58,428 bases of DNA, from the NCBI GenBank assembly GCA_016207565.1, contig JACQPK010000267.1:1-58428 (forward strand), in the 5' to 3' direction. Below are positions 9,293 through 17,878 of this stretch, piece after piece; positions within the stretch are counted from its first letter, which is position 1; each line of letters starts with the position of its first letter. The notes beneath the pieces are model-generated. The model searched no databases and had not been told where the DNA came from. It worked only from the letters and a program-made list of their open reading frames with translations. This DNA comes from Elusimicrobiota bacterium (lineage in GTDB: Bacteria > Elusimicrobiota > Elusimicrobia > UBA1565 > JACRDR01). The position numbers were made by a program, and so were the translations under genes.

Positions 9293-10878
9293 TCCGTCTG
9301 CTGGTCGCCTTCTGGCTCGCCGCGGGCGCCTGGGCGCAGGTCGCCCCCGACGTGGGCCGGGCCGCGGAGGTCCAAAACGAGGAGACCGCGCTCGTCGCCC
9401 GCGCCGCCGAGGCGCTACGCGACGACGCCTCGATGCGCGACTCGCTCGCGCGCCGGCTGCTCGCCTCGAGCCTCGCGGACCAGCTCTCCGGCGGCGAGAC
9501 CGACCCCGAGAAGGCTAAAGAGGCCGTGGCCCAGTGGATCGCGGAGCATCCCGAGGACGCGGCCAACCTCGCCGTCGGCTTCGCCAAAGACGACGAGTCG
9601 GGCACGAAGGAGTTCGAGATCTCGCTGCGAGAACGGGTCTCGCGCAGCCTGGCCCTCAACCCCGAGCGCTACCACGGCATCCTGGGCGTCCTCTCGGCCG
9701 CGGGCAAGGAATCGAAGCTGATCAAGAAGCTCGAGAAGAAGATGGACGAGGAGGAGCAGCGCGAGCTGGTCAAGCGCCTCTTCGAGGGACAGGGCGGCGA
9801 GCAAGGACGCGTGCTCAAGCAGCCCGAGGGCGACGGCAAGGGCTCGGGTTCCGGGGGCGGCGCCTCTCCGTCGGCCGTCGCCGGCTCCAGCGCCTACGAC
9901 CGGCTCAGCGAGCTCAACCCGTCGGGCTACTCGCCCGAGGTGCTCTCGCTGCAGAGCCAACTCAACGCGCAGCGCCCGCCCGGCGCTCCGAAGCTCATCG
10001 AAACGGGCCGGCTCGACTACACGACGCTCGCGTATCCGACCTACGCGCTCCGCTCGGACCTCGGACGGCAGTCCGGGTCCGCCGCCGCCCGAGAGGCCTG
10101 GGCCGTCGCCCGCGCGCTCGGGCGCGAGCGCGAGTTCACCGCCGAGCAGTACTCGCTCCAAGGCGTCCAGGCGTCGCTCGCGAAGGCGGGAAAGGGCGTG
10201 AAGCTCCCCCCGCGCGTCGTGCGGAGGAAGGAGGCGCTGGAGAGGGCGCGCGCCGCGATCGCCGAGTTCGAGGCCGAGGCCGCGCGGATGCAGCAGCCGT
10301 CGGCCATCCATCGCGCGGGGCTCCGCACGCTCTCCGCGAAGCAGAAGGAGGCCTCCCGCTGGCTCGTCATCGCCAGCCTGGAGGCCGACGTCGAGCGCCT
10401 CGAGGCCGAGTCGGGCTTCTGGACCGCCGACCTCGAGAACCTCGTGAAGACCGCGCCCGCGGCCGAGCACGCCCGCCAGGCGTTTTTGGGCCGCGGGAAG
10501 GCGGTGCGCGAGCGTCTCGCGCGCATCCAGGCCCGCGACCAGGCGGCGCTGGCCATCCTTCTCTCCTCCGACTACGCGGCCCGCTGGAGGCAGATGGAGG
10601 GCGAGTTGGCCGAAGGCAACCGGCTGCGCCAGGGCCTCTCGCGCGACATCCAGCTCGTCTCGCGGGTGCCCGGCCAGCTGCACTCGGCGTACCGGCCGGT
10701 GCCGCGCTGGCGCGCCTGGCTCGAGAGCGCGCTGATCAAGCTCGCGCCGACCACCCGCATCGCCCGCGAGGCGAGCGCCCGCGAGCGGCGCGCGAGCGGC
10801 TGGTCCGAGGCGTTCGGCCTCGTCGCCGCCGGAGATTTCGTGCGCGCTCAGCGCGCCGCCGACGAAGCATCCCGTTAG
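9289..10878 (+). CDS. Secreted alpha-helical/coiled-coil hypothetical protein
   Basis: ATGA overlap with the previous gene. Signal peptide MIRLLVAFWLAAGAWAQ. Cys-free, Ala/Glu/Arg/Leu-rich helical composition. Confidence 0.6.
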   Translation: MIRLLVAFWLAAGAWAQVAPDVGRAAEVQNEETALVARAAEALRDDASMRDSLARRLLASSLADQLSGGETDPEKAKEAVAQWIAEHPEDAANLAVGFAKDDESGTKEFEISLRERVSRSLALNPERYHGILGVLSAAGKESKLIKKLEKKMDEEEQRELVKRLFEGQGGEQGRVLKQPEGDGKGSGSGGGASPSAVAGSSAYDRLSELNPSGYSPEVLSLQSQLNAQRPPGAPKLIETGRLDYTTLAYPTYALRSDLGRQSGSAAAREAWAVARALGREREFTAEQYSLQGVQASLAKAGKGVKLPPRVVRRKEALERARAAIAEFEAEAARMQQPSAIHRAGLRTLSAKQKEASRWLVIASLEADVERLEAESGFWTADLENLVKTAPAAEHARQAFLGRGKAVRERLARIQARDQAALAILLSSDYAARWRQMEGELAEGNRLRQGLSRDIQLVSRVPGQLHSAYRPVPRWRAWLESALIKLAPTTRIAREASARERRASGWSEAFGLVAAGDFVRAQRAADEASR

Positions 10879-10886
10879 GAGAAACG

Positions 10887-11942
10887 ATGAACGCGACCCT
10901 GATGACGGTCCTGGCCGCCGCGGCACTGGCCGCGAAGACGATCCCTCCCCCGCGCCCCGTGACGCCTCGCGGGCCGCTCCTGGCGCAGGAGCAGGCCACG
11001 ATCGAGATGTTCCGCAGGGCGAACGAGTCGGTCGCCTACATCACGACGCTGGTCGTCCAGCAGGACATCTTCAGCCTCGACGTGTTCGAGATCCCGCGCG
11101 GCGCCGGCTCCGGCTTTGTCTGGGACGATCAGGGGCACATCGTCACCAACTACCACGTGATCCAGGGGGCCTCCAGCGCGCAGGTCACGCTCGCGGACCA
11201 CTCGAAATGGAACGCTCAGCTCATCGGCGTCGCCCCCGACAAGGACCTCGCGGTGCTCAAGATCGACGCGCCCGCCGCCAAGCTCAAGCCGCTCGCGGTC
11301 GGCACCTCCAAGGACCTCCAGGTCGGGCAGTCCGCCTTCGCGATCGGCAACCCGTTCGGCCTCGACCAGACGCTGACTACCGGCGTCATCAGCGCGCTCG
11401 GCCGCGAGGTGAAGTCGCCCATCGGCGTGCCGATCCGCGGCGTGGTCCAGACGGATGCCGCGATCAACCCCGGGAACTCGGGCGGGCCGCTCCTCGACAG
11501 CGCCGGCCGCCTCATCGGCGTCAACACCGCGATCTACAGTCCCTCGGGCGCGTACGCGGGCATCGGCTTCGCCGTGCCGATCGACACGGTGAACCGCTAT
11601 GTCCCGCAGCTCATCGCGTACGGCAAGGTCGCCCGCCCCGGCTTCGGCGTGAACATCGCCGAGGATACGGTCGCCAAGAGGATCGGCGTGGAAGGCGTGC
11701 TGCTCATCAACGTTGCCCGCGGCAGCGCGGCGGCGAAGGCGGGCCTCCGCGGAACGAGGCGCGACTACGACGGCGAGATCATCCTCGGCGACGTCATCGT
11801 GGCGCTCGACGGCAAGGTCATCAAGGACTCCGAGGACCTCTACCGCTTCCTCGAGCAGAAGCAGCCGGGCGACGTCGTGGCGGTGACCGTGCTGCGCGAC
11901 AAGAAGCGCGTCACCGCGAACGTGAAGCTGCAGGAACTATGA
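10887..11942 (+). CDS. HtrA/DegP-like S1C serine protease with one PDZ domain
   Basis: AGGAG is 5 nt upstream of the start. Catalytic contexts TNYHVI (His), DLAVLKI (Asp) and GNSGGPLL (Ser). C-terminal PDZ-like region. Confidence 0.9.
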   Translation: MNATLMTVLAAAALAAKTIPPPRPVTPRGPLLAQEQATIEMFRRANESVAYITTLVVQQDIFSLDVFEIPRGAGSGFVWDDQGHIVTNYHVIQGASSAQVTLADHSKWNAQLIGVAPDKDLAVLKIDAPAAKLKPLAVGTSKDLQVGQSAFAIGNPFGLDQTLTTGVISALGREVKSPIGVPIRGVVQTDAAINPGNSGGPLLDSAGRLIGVNTAIYSPSGAYAGIGFAVPIDTVNRYVPQLIAYGKVARPGFGVNIAEDTVAKRIGVEGVLLINVARGSAAAKAGLRGTRRDYDGEIILGDVIVALDGKVIKDSEDLYRFLEQKQPGDVVAVTVLRDKKRVTANVKLQEL

Positions 11943-11985
11943 CCGCCGCGAGCAAGGAACCGGTTGCGCCCTACGGGGCGCAACC

Positions 11986-12900
11986 ATGACCTGGACCGGG
12001 CTCGCGCGGGCGGCCCAGGACTCGGTCAAGTACCTGTCCTCGCCGCAGGCGCTCGAGAGCCTGCGCCGCGATCCATACTGGCCCAAGTGGGACTCGCCGT
12101 GGTGGCACATGGCGCTCCTCTGCGAGCTCGGCGAGTCGAGCCTGATCCCCGTCGACACGGCGCGCGCGCTCGCCGCCTCGATCCGCGAGACGTGGAGGCC
12201 GTTTTTCCCGCGCAAGACGGCCGACGTGCCGCCCGGCGACGACGCGTACCGTGTCATCGGCTGCCTCTGCGCCGCCGGCACGGCGATGCAGATGCTGCAC
12301 TCCTGCGGGCTCGACCCCGACGCGGAGCTCCCCTTCGCGCGGCGCATGATTCTCGACAGCCGCCTGCCCGACGGCGGGGTGAACTGCGAGAGCGACGCCT
12401 ACGAAGGGAGCCGCAAGAGTTCCGTCGTCTCGACCGTGCCGGCGCTGGAGGCGATCTTGTACTGCACCCGGCGCCCCTTCACGCAGGAGGAGGAGGCGTT
12501 CCTCCTAGGCGGCGCGGAGTACCTGCTGGCGCACCGGCTCTTTCGCTCGACGAAGGGCTCGATGATCAAGCCCGAGTGGACGGAGCCCTGCTTCCCCCGC
12601 TTCTACGACTATGACGTGCTCCGGGGGCTCTCGTTTTTGTCCCATCTCGGCGCGCAGCGGCCGCTCCCGTGGCGCGAACGCGCCGCCGAGGCGCTCGAGA
12701 TCGTCGAGCGCTGGGCGAAAGGCGGGTTCCGCGTCGCCCGGCCGCTGCCGACGCCCCGCAGCATGGAATACCGGGGGGGCGCCTGGGTCCGCGGCACGGC
12801 GGCGGAGTTCCCGCTCCTCAAGGCCTGCCGCGGAGGCGACGGCGCCCGCGAAGCCCTCGCCCGCGAGTGGAGGCAGGTCACCTGCGCCGGGCGCTGCTGA
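11986..12900 (+). CDS. Hypothetical protein (Trp/Cys-containing, possibly alpha-alpha repeat fold)
   Basis: 304-aa ORF with a complex, non-repetitive composition (DPYWPKWDSPWWHMALLCELG). No family recognised. Confidence 0.55.
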   Translation: MTWTGLARAAQDSVKYLSSPQALESLRRDPYWPKWDSPWWHMALLCELGESSLIPVDTARALAASIRETWRPFFPRKTADVPPGDDAYRVIGCLCAAGTAMQMLHSCGLDPDAELPFARRMILDSRLPDGGVNCESDAYEGSRKSSVVSTVPALEAILYCTRRPFTQEEEAFLLGGAEYLLAHRLFRSTKGSMIKPEWTEPCFPRFYDYDVLRGLSFLSHLGAQRPLPWRERAAEALEIVERWAKGGFRVARPLPTPRSMEYRGGAWVRGTAAEFPLLKACRGGDGAREALAREWRQVTCAGRC

Positions 12901-13766
12901 CGGCGCTTCTGGCCGCCCTCGCCGCGCCCGCCGGCGCCGGCGAGTGCGTCTTCTACCTGAAGGCCTCCACCGCCTCGTTCGAGGCCCGGCTCTACGACCC
13001 GCGCTCGGAAAAGGACCGGAAGGCGCCGCTCGGCCGCGTGCCCTCTCCCGAGATCCTGTGGGACCACTCGTGGGAGAAGGTGTACTGGCTCGACGGCGGG
13101 CTGATCCGCCGCGCGTGGTGGCTCGGGAAAGGCAAGGCGCCGTGGCCGGTGCCTCTTCCGGAGGAGCTCGGCGCTCCGGCCGCGTGGTGGCTCGACTGGC
13201 GCGGGCTGAAGGTGGTCAAGCGCGCGGCCGACAAGCTCGAGCTCTGGGAGCACGTCGCGGCGAAGAAGACCTGGCGCCTCGGCGAGCGCGAGCGGCTGCT
13301 CGAGCCGGCGACGCGCGCCCGGCAGGCGGCCGGCGTCCTCTACGACTGGAACTCGCGGCGCCGGGACAAACCGCTCGCCGAGCTCCTGGCGGCGATGCAG
13401 GGGAACGCCCATCTCCACTCCATCCGCTGGGTCGGCACGCGCGAGTCGGGGGTCGGCCGCATCGCGTTCTACGGGGTCGACGGCTGCGGCCTGCGCGTGC
13501 AGGTCCACCGCGACGAGGCCGGCGCGCACATCGTCGCGCCGCTCTTCCACATCTGCGACAAGCAGGAGAAGGGCACGCTCATCTACGGCGAGCCGGACGG
13601 GGCGGGCTTCGCGCCGGTCGCCTTCGGCGAGGCCGCGCCGTGGCTGCTCTTGGGCATGGCGCCCAAGATGGAAGGGCCGCGCCTGCTGCGCCTCGAGGAC
13701 GCGAGGGAGGAGAAGTCGTTTCCTCCCGGCTCCTCGCACGCGGCCTGGGTCCCCTGCCCCCGTTGA
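12867..13766 (+). CDS. Secreted hypothetical protein
   Basis: The globular part of the 365-aa ORF starts after signal-like LLTALLAALAAPAGA. GTG 12867 was chosen as the start but is uncertain. It overlaps the previous gene by 34 nt. Confidence 0.45.
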   Translation: MEAGHLRRALLTALLAALAAPAGAGECVFYLKASTASFEARLYDPRSEKDRKAPLGRVPSPEILWDHSWEKVYWLDGGLIRRAWWLGKGKAPWPVPLPEELGAPAAWWLDWRGLKVVKRAADKLELWEHVAAKKTWRLGERERLLEPATRARQAAGVLYDWNSRRRDKPLAELLAAMQGNAHLHSIRWVGTRESGVGRIAFYGVDGCGLRVQVHRDEAGAHIVAPLFHICDKQEKGTLIYGEPDGAGFAPVAFGEAAPWLLLGMAPKMEGPRLLRLEDAREEKSFPPGSSHAAWVPCPR

Positions 13767-13783
13767 TGGGGTATAATGACTGG

Positions 13784-14185
13784 ATGAAGTATTTCACCGT
13801 CGAGGAGGCCCGCCGCGCGCTGCCGGAGGTCCGGAAGGTGTTCACGCTCTGCAAAGAGCTCCGGTGCAAGGCCAAGAGCCACGTCGAGAACCTGCGGCGG
13901 CTCGAAAGCGACGCTCACGGCAACGCGGCCCAAGCCGCGATCGAGCGCGGCCAGGTCGAGTTCCTGGCCGGCTGTCTGGAGCACGCGCTCAAAGGCCTCG
14001 AGGAACTCGGGGTCCTGCTGAAGGGCCTCGACCCCGGCCTCGTCGATTTCCCCCACCACATGGCCGACGGCAGCGAGGTCTACCTCTGCTGGCGCGAAGG
14101 CGAAGACGATATCACCCATTACCATTCGACCCGCGAGGGCTTCGCCGGCAGACGGCCCCTGCCCAAACCCGCGCTCCGGCACTGA
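13784..14185 (+). CDS. DUF2203 family protein
   Basis: MKYFTVEEARRALPEV... and C-terminal GLVDFP...VYLCWREGEDDITHYH...GFAGRRP match the DUF2203 pattern. TATAAT (13772-13777) lies 6 nt before the ATG. Confidence 0.75.
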   Translation: MKYFTVEEARRALPEVRKVFTLCKELRCKAKSHVENLRRLESDAHGNAAQAAIERGQVEFLAGCLEHALKGLEELGVLLKGLDPGLVDFPHHMADGSEVYLCWREGEDDITHYHSTREGFAGRRPLPKPALRH

Positions 14186-14193
14186 GGGATCCC

Positions 14194-14766
14194 ATGGCCA
14201 AGACGATCGGCGTGCTCGTCGAGCAGGACTACCAGGAGCTCGAGTTCTGGTACCCCGTGCTGCGTTTCCGCGAGGCCGGCCACAACGTCGTCGTGATCGG
14301 CTCGGGCTCGGCCGAGCGCTACCACTCGAAGAAGGGCTACCCGGCCGACGTCGACACCGCGGCCGACCGCGTGAACGCCGACGACCTCGACGCGATCGTG
14401 ATCCCCGGCGGCTGGGCTCCGGACTACCTGCGCCGCCACGAGGCGGTCAACGCCCTCGTGCGCGACTGCTACCGCGGCGGCAAGGTGGTCGGCGCGATCT
14501 GCCACGCCGGCTCGGTGCTGGTGAGCGCCGGGGTGCTCTCGGGCAAAACCGTCACGTCGTGGCCGTCGATCCGGGCGGACCTCGAGGCGGCCGGGGCGCG
14601 CTGGGTCGACAAGGACGCGCAAGTGGACGGGAACCTGGTCACCTCGCGCAAGCCGGACGATCTCCCGGCGTTCTGCCGCGCGATCCTCGCGGCGCTGGAG
14701 AAACCGGCCGTGAAGCCGGCGGCCGCCTCCCCCCGCATCGCGGCCCGCAAGAACGGCGGACGCTGA
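14194..14766 (+). CDS. DJ-1/PfpI family intracellular protease/amidase
   Basis: Nucleophile elbow AICHAG, VIPGGWAP, and a family-typical length of 190 aa. Confidence 0.88.
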   Translation: MAKTIGVLVEQDYQELEFWYPVLRFREAGHNVVVIGSGSAERYHSKKGYPADVDTAADRVNADDLDAIVIPGGWAPDYLRRHEAVNALVRDCYRGGKVVGAICHAGSVLVSAGVLSGKTVTSWPSIRADLEAAGARWVDKDAQVDGNLVTSRKPDDLPAFCRAILAALEKPAVKPAAASPRIAARKNGGR

Positions 14767-14768
14767 CA

Positions 14769-14799
14769 GTCTCATCGGGTGCGACGCACCCGATGAGAC
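14769..14799. repeat. 31-nt palindromic element, copy 1 (GTCTCATCGGGTGCGACGCACCCGATGAGAC)
   Basis: 14-bp perfect stem with a 3-nt loop. The outer flanks CGCTGAC/GTCAGCG (14761-14767 and 14802-14808) extend the palindrome across both convergent stop codons. Confidence 0.8.
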
Positions 14800-14802
14800 G
14801 GG

Positions 14803-15189
14803 TCAGCGGCGAGGGGAACGCGCGAAGGCCAGGACGTGGCCGTCCGGGTCCAGCACGTAACCCGCCTCGTCGCCCCAGTTGCGGAGCCGCAGCGGACTCA
14901 GCTCCCGCGCGCCGTTTGCGAGCGCGCGCTGATGGAGTTCGGGCGCGTCGGGCGTGAAGAGATAGACCTCCGCCCGCGGTACGCCGGCCGCGGAGGCGGG
15001 GTCGGCGATCGCGTCGCCCAAGAGGCGCTTGATGCCGGCGCTCGGCATGAGCCCGAGCACCGCGCCGTCGTTGAGCCTGAACTCGGTCATCCCGGGAACG
15101 TCGAGCTCCGGCTTCTTGCCTAGCACCGCGGCGTAGAACGCGGCGCTCGCCTTCTGATCGGAAACGTAGAGGATGAAGATCGCTTTCAT
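14803..15189 (-). CDS. VOC (glyoxalase/bleomycin resistance) family protein
   Basis: 128 aa; MKAIFILYVSDQKASAAFY... is typical of the VOC fold. ATGA overlap with the upstream GNAT gene. Confidence 0.8.
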   Translation of the reverse strand: MKAIFILYVSDQKASAAFYAAVLGKKPELDVPGMTEFRLNDGAVLGLMPSAGIKRLLGDAIADPASAAGVPRAEVYLFTPDAPELHQRALANGARELSPLRLRNWGDEAGYVLDPDGHVLAFARSPRR

Positions 15190-15629
15190 CGTGGCACCCG
15201 CCTCATGAACACCTTCTGCGTCTTCTCGAGCTCAAAGCCCCGGCGGAGATAGAAGCCGTGGGTCCGCTTGCGGATCACGTTGCAGCGGACGCGGAGCGCC
15301 GGCAAGCGCTTTTCGCGCGCCCAGCGCTGCGCGGCGCGCTCGAGCGCGGCGCCGAGCCCGCCGCTCCGGCAGCGCTCGTCCACGACGAGCCCGGCGATCT
15401 CCGCGTGCTCGGGCAGCTCGAGGAAGAGCTGCGTCCGCACATGGAGCCAGCCGCACGGCACGCCCTCGTGATCGGCGACGAAGACCGCGTGCCGCGGCGA
15501 GCGGATGATCCGGCGCAGTCGCGCGCGAAACGCCGCCGCCACGTCCGGATAGCCGAGCTGCGCCGCCAACCGCCGCAGCGCCTCCGCGTCCTTGAGCCCC
15601 GCCCGCCGGATCTTCGTGCCGCGATCCAA
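15186..15629 (-). CDS. GNAT family N-acetyltransferase
   Basis: Acetyl-CoA motif VVDERCRSGGLGAALERAAQRWA. The start was set to an in-frame TTG at 15629, just after the upstream stop; the start is uncertain. Confidence 0.7.
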   Translation of the reverse strand: MDRGTKIRRAGLKDAEALRRLAAQLGYPDVAAAFRARLRRIIRSPRHAVFVADHEGVPCGWLHVRTQLFLELPEHAEIAGLVVDERCRSGGLGAALERAAQRWAREKRLPALRVRCNVIRKRTHGFYLRRGFELEKTQKVFMRRVPR

Positions 15630-15639
15630 TCGAACGCCG

Positions 15640-16419
15640 CTAGGAGACGCGCTTCTTCTTCTTGAGGTAGGCGAACGGATGCCGGTCGGGGTCGACCGCC
15701 GGCGGGGGCGGCGGGGCCTCGCGGCGGTCCTCGGCGTAGTAGCGCTCCCAGAGCGCGGTCGGGTCGCCGCCGAGGAGGTAGCGCAGCAGGATCCACTGGT
15801 TGTAGAGCGTGTTCGTGATCGCGCCCCAGCGGCGCAGCCGGCGGGCGGCGGGCCGGATGTGCTCGGGCAGCACCTCGATGACGCCGAGCTTGCGGAGGCG
15901 GCGGCAGAACTCGACATCCTCCATCAGCGGGATCTCGGGGAAACCGCCGCACCTCTCGTAGACGTCCTTCGAGACGCAGAAACCCTGGTCGCCGTAGGCG
16001 AGGCCGAGGAACCGCGCGCGCCAGTTCTGGCCGTCGGCGATCAGCGTGTAGGGGAAGTGGTTGCCGTAGTCGACCGAGAACACCGTCGCCGCGAGCGGCT
16101 GGGCGTGCGTCCTCAGCCAGAACTTCTCGAGCCGCTCCTGCCAGTTGCCGGGCGGCTGCGTGTCGGCGTGCAGGAAGAAGAAAAGGTCGCCGGTCGCGAG
16201 CTTCGCCCCGGCGTGGAGCTGCGCGCCGCGGTTCGGCTTCTCGAGGACGCGGACCTGGTCGACGAAGTCGCGCGCGGCGTCGACGGTCTTGTCGGTCGAG
16301 CCGCCGTCGACGAGGATGATCTCCATGTGCGTCTCGTCGGAGATCTCGCGCAGGCGCTTGAGCGACGGGCCGATCTGCGGGCCCTCGTTCCAGGTCGGGA
16401 TGATGACGGAGAAGCGCAT
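15640..16419 (-). CDS. Family 2 glycosyltransferase
   Basis: MRFSVIIPTWNE...ILVDGGSTD...FLHADT is a GT2 signature. Confidence 0.85.
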   Translation of the reverse strand: MRFSVIIPTWNEGPQIGPSLKRLREISDETHMEIILVDGGSTDKTVDAARDFVDQVRVLEKPNRGAQLHAGAKLATGDLFFFLHADTQPPGNWQERLEKFWLRTHAQPLAATVFSVDYGNHFPYTLIADGQNWRARFLGLAYGDQGFCVSKDVYERCGGFPEIPLMEDVEFCRRLRKLGVIEVLPEHIRPAARRLRRWGAITNTLYNQWILLRYLLGGDPTALWERYYAEDRREAPPPPPAVDPDRHPFAYLKKKKRVS

Positions 16420-16420
16420 C

Positions 16421-17599
16421 TCAGGCGAGCGGCTTGAACACGAGGCCGGTCGTGATCTTCGGGAAGAAGTAGGTCGACTTCTGCGGCAGGAGCCCGATCC
16501 GCTCCACCGCTCGGCGGATATCCGCGACGCTCGCGGGCTTCACCAAGAGCGCCGCCCCCTTCGATTCGCGGGCGAGCCGGACGGCCTCCGCGGCCTCATG
16601 CGTGTACTTGAGGTGATGCGGGTCCACGCCGGACGTCACCGACCGGGCCAGGTACTCGACGCAGAGCCCGCTCTTGGCGCCCTCCGGGGACTTCGGCACG
16701 GCGAGCCAAAACGCGCGCGGCGCCTCGAAGAGGCCGAAGGCGTACGGGGACGGGTGCGCGTCGAGCACCTCGAGCAACGCGGTCAGGCCGGGCTTGGGCG
16801 TCAGGCGGCAGCGCTCGCGCGCGCGCGCCTGCGCCTCGCCCGGCGGAGAGACGACGCGGTGCGTGGGCAGCACCAGAAGCCCCGCGTCCTCTTCCGCGCA
16901 GACGTAAACGAGCATCGTCGACGTCGCGGGCGTCTTCGTCCGGCGGAAATACTCCTTCGCGACCTCGAAGCGATGGTGGCCGTCGGCGATGAGCAGCGTC
17001 TTCGGCCCGAGCGCCCGCTCGAGCGCGGCGACCGTCGAGGGCTCGTCGACGCGCCACACCTTGAAGCGCGACCCGTCGGAGCTCGTCCCGGCCTCATCGG
17101 ACCGCGCCGACTTGGCCCGCCGCAGCAGCGCGCGCACGGCGCCGCCGGCGTCGCGGAATAGCCCGAAGATCGGACTGGTGTTCACCTTGAGCGCGGCGAG
17201 CTGCTTGAGGCGGTCCGCCTTGGGCTTCGAAAGGGTCTTCTCGTGGCGACGGACCGTCCTCGGACCCGCGCGGCGCAGGTCGAGGGCGCAGAGCACGCCG
17301 GTCCGCACGTAGCGGCGGCCCCCGTAGGCGAAGGCCTGCTCCACGACGTAGTAGGCGGGCGCGTGGTCGGTCCGCACGATGCCCCGGTCGTTCCAGCGGC
17401 GCCACACGCCGCCCGCTTTCCGGTAGCGGTCGCCGTTGCCGGAGGGCAGCTCGAGATGGATCGCGTTGAAGGGAAGGCGGCGCAACCGGTCGGCCAGCCG
17501 GGCCCCGATCACGTCGTAGGGCGGACAGACGGCGCGATCCATGGCGACCCGCTTGCGGTCGTAGCGGACACCCCGGAACGGACGCATCAGCGCAGGCAT
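16421..17599 (-). CDS. DUF1015 domain-containing protein
   Basis: RPFRGVRYD N-terminus and ADGHHRFEVA motif. The start was taken at MPALMRPF; the upstream part of the 532-aa ORF belongs to a kinase relic. Confidence 0.8.
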   Translation of the reverse strand: MPALMRPFRGVRYDRKRVAMDRAVCPPYDVIGARLADRLRRLPFNAIHLELPSGNGDRYRKAGGVWRRWNDRGIVRTDHAPAYYVVEQAFAYGGRRYVRTGVLCALDLRRAGPRTVRRHEKTLSKPKADRLKQLAALKVNTSPIFGLFRDAGGAVRALLRRAKSARSDEAGTSSDGSRFKVWRVDEPSTVAALERALGPKTLLIADGHHRFEVAKEYFRRTKTPATSTMLVYVCAEEDAGLLVLPTHRVVSPPGEAQARARERCRLTPKPGLTALLEVLDAHPSPYAFGLFEAPRAFWLAVPKSPEGAKSGLCVEYLARSVTSGVDPHHLKYTHEAAEAVRLARESKGAALLVKPASVADIRRAVERIGLLPQKSTYFFPKITTGLVFKPLA

Positions 17600-17633
17600 C
17601 GACTTCCGATGATTCCGAATTCCGTGGAGTGTG

Positions 17634-17827
17634 TCAAGAACCCGGCTCCAACTCGATCCAGAAGCGGGTCCCCTTTCCCGGTTCGGTCTCGTAGCCGATC
17701 CGGCCGCCCGGTTCCACAGCAGAAAACGGCCCGCCGTATCCGCCACGACCACTCCTTCGGCGACGTGGTGGACGATGAGCTGCAAGAGCTCGAGCTTGTC
17801 GACGAGCTGCAACCGCGGAGCTTCCAT
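17634..17827 (-). pseudogene. Relic of a PAS sensor histidine kinase with an internal deletion and frameshift
   Basis: One frame encodes a PAS N-terminus: MEAPRLQLVDKLELLQLIVHHVAEGVVVADTAGRFLLWNRAA. A second frame then encodes only the extreme HATPase C-terminus, GGRIGYETEPGKGTRFWIELEPGS*. Everything in between is missing. Confidence 0.5.
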
Positions 17828-17878
17828 GGCCTCCCCGCTCGCCCTTAGGATACCACACGATTTCGTACAATCGACGGG

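Noticed and set aside
14791-14799. GATGAG within the palindromic elements, reminiscent of the hammerhead ribozyme CUGAUGA core.
   Set aside because: The preceding bases are CCCGA, CCAGA and CCGGA rather than CUGA. No GAAA core or three-stem junction can be drawn, and the element is a simple perfect hairpin.
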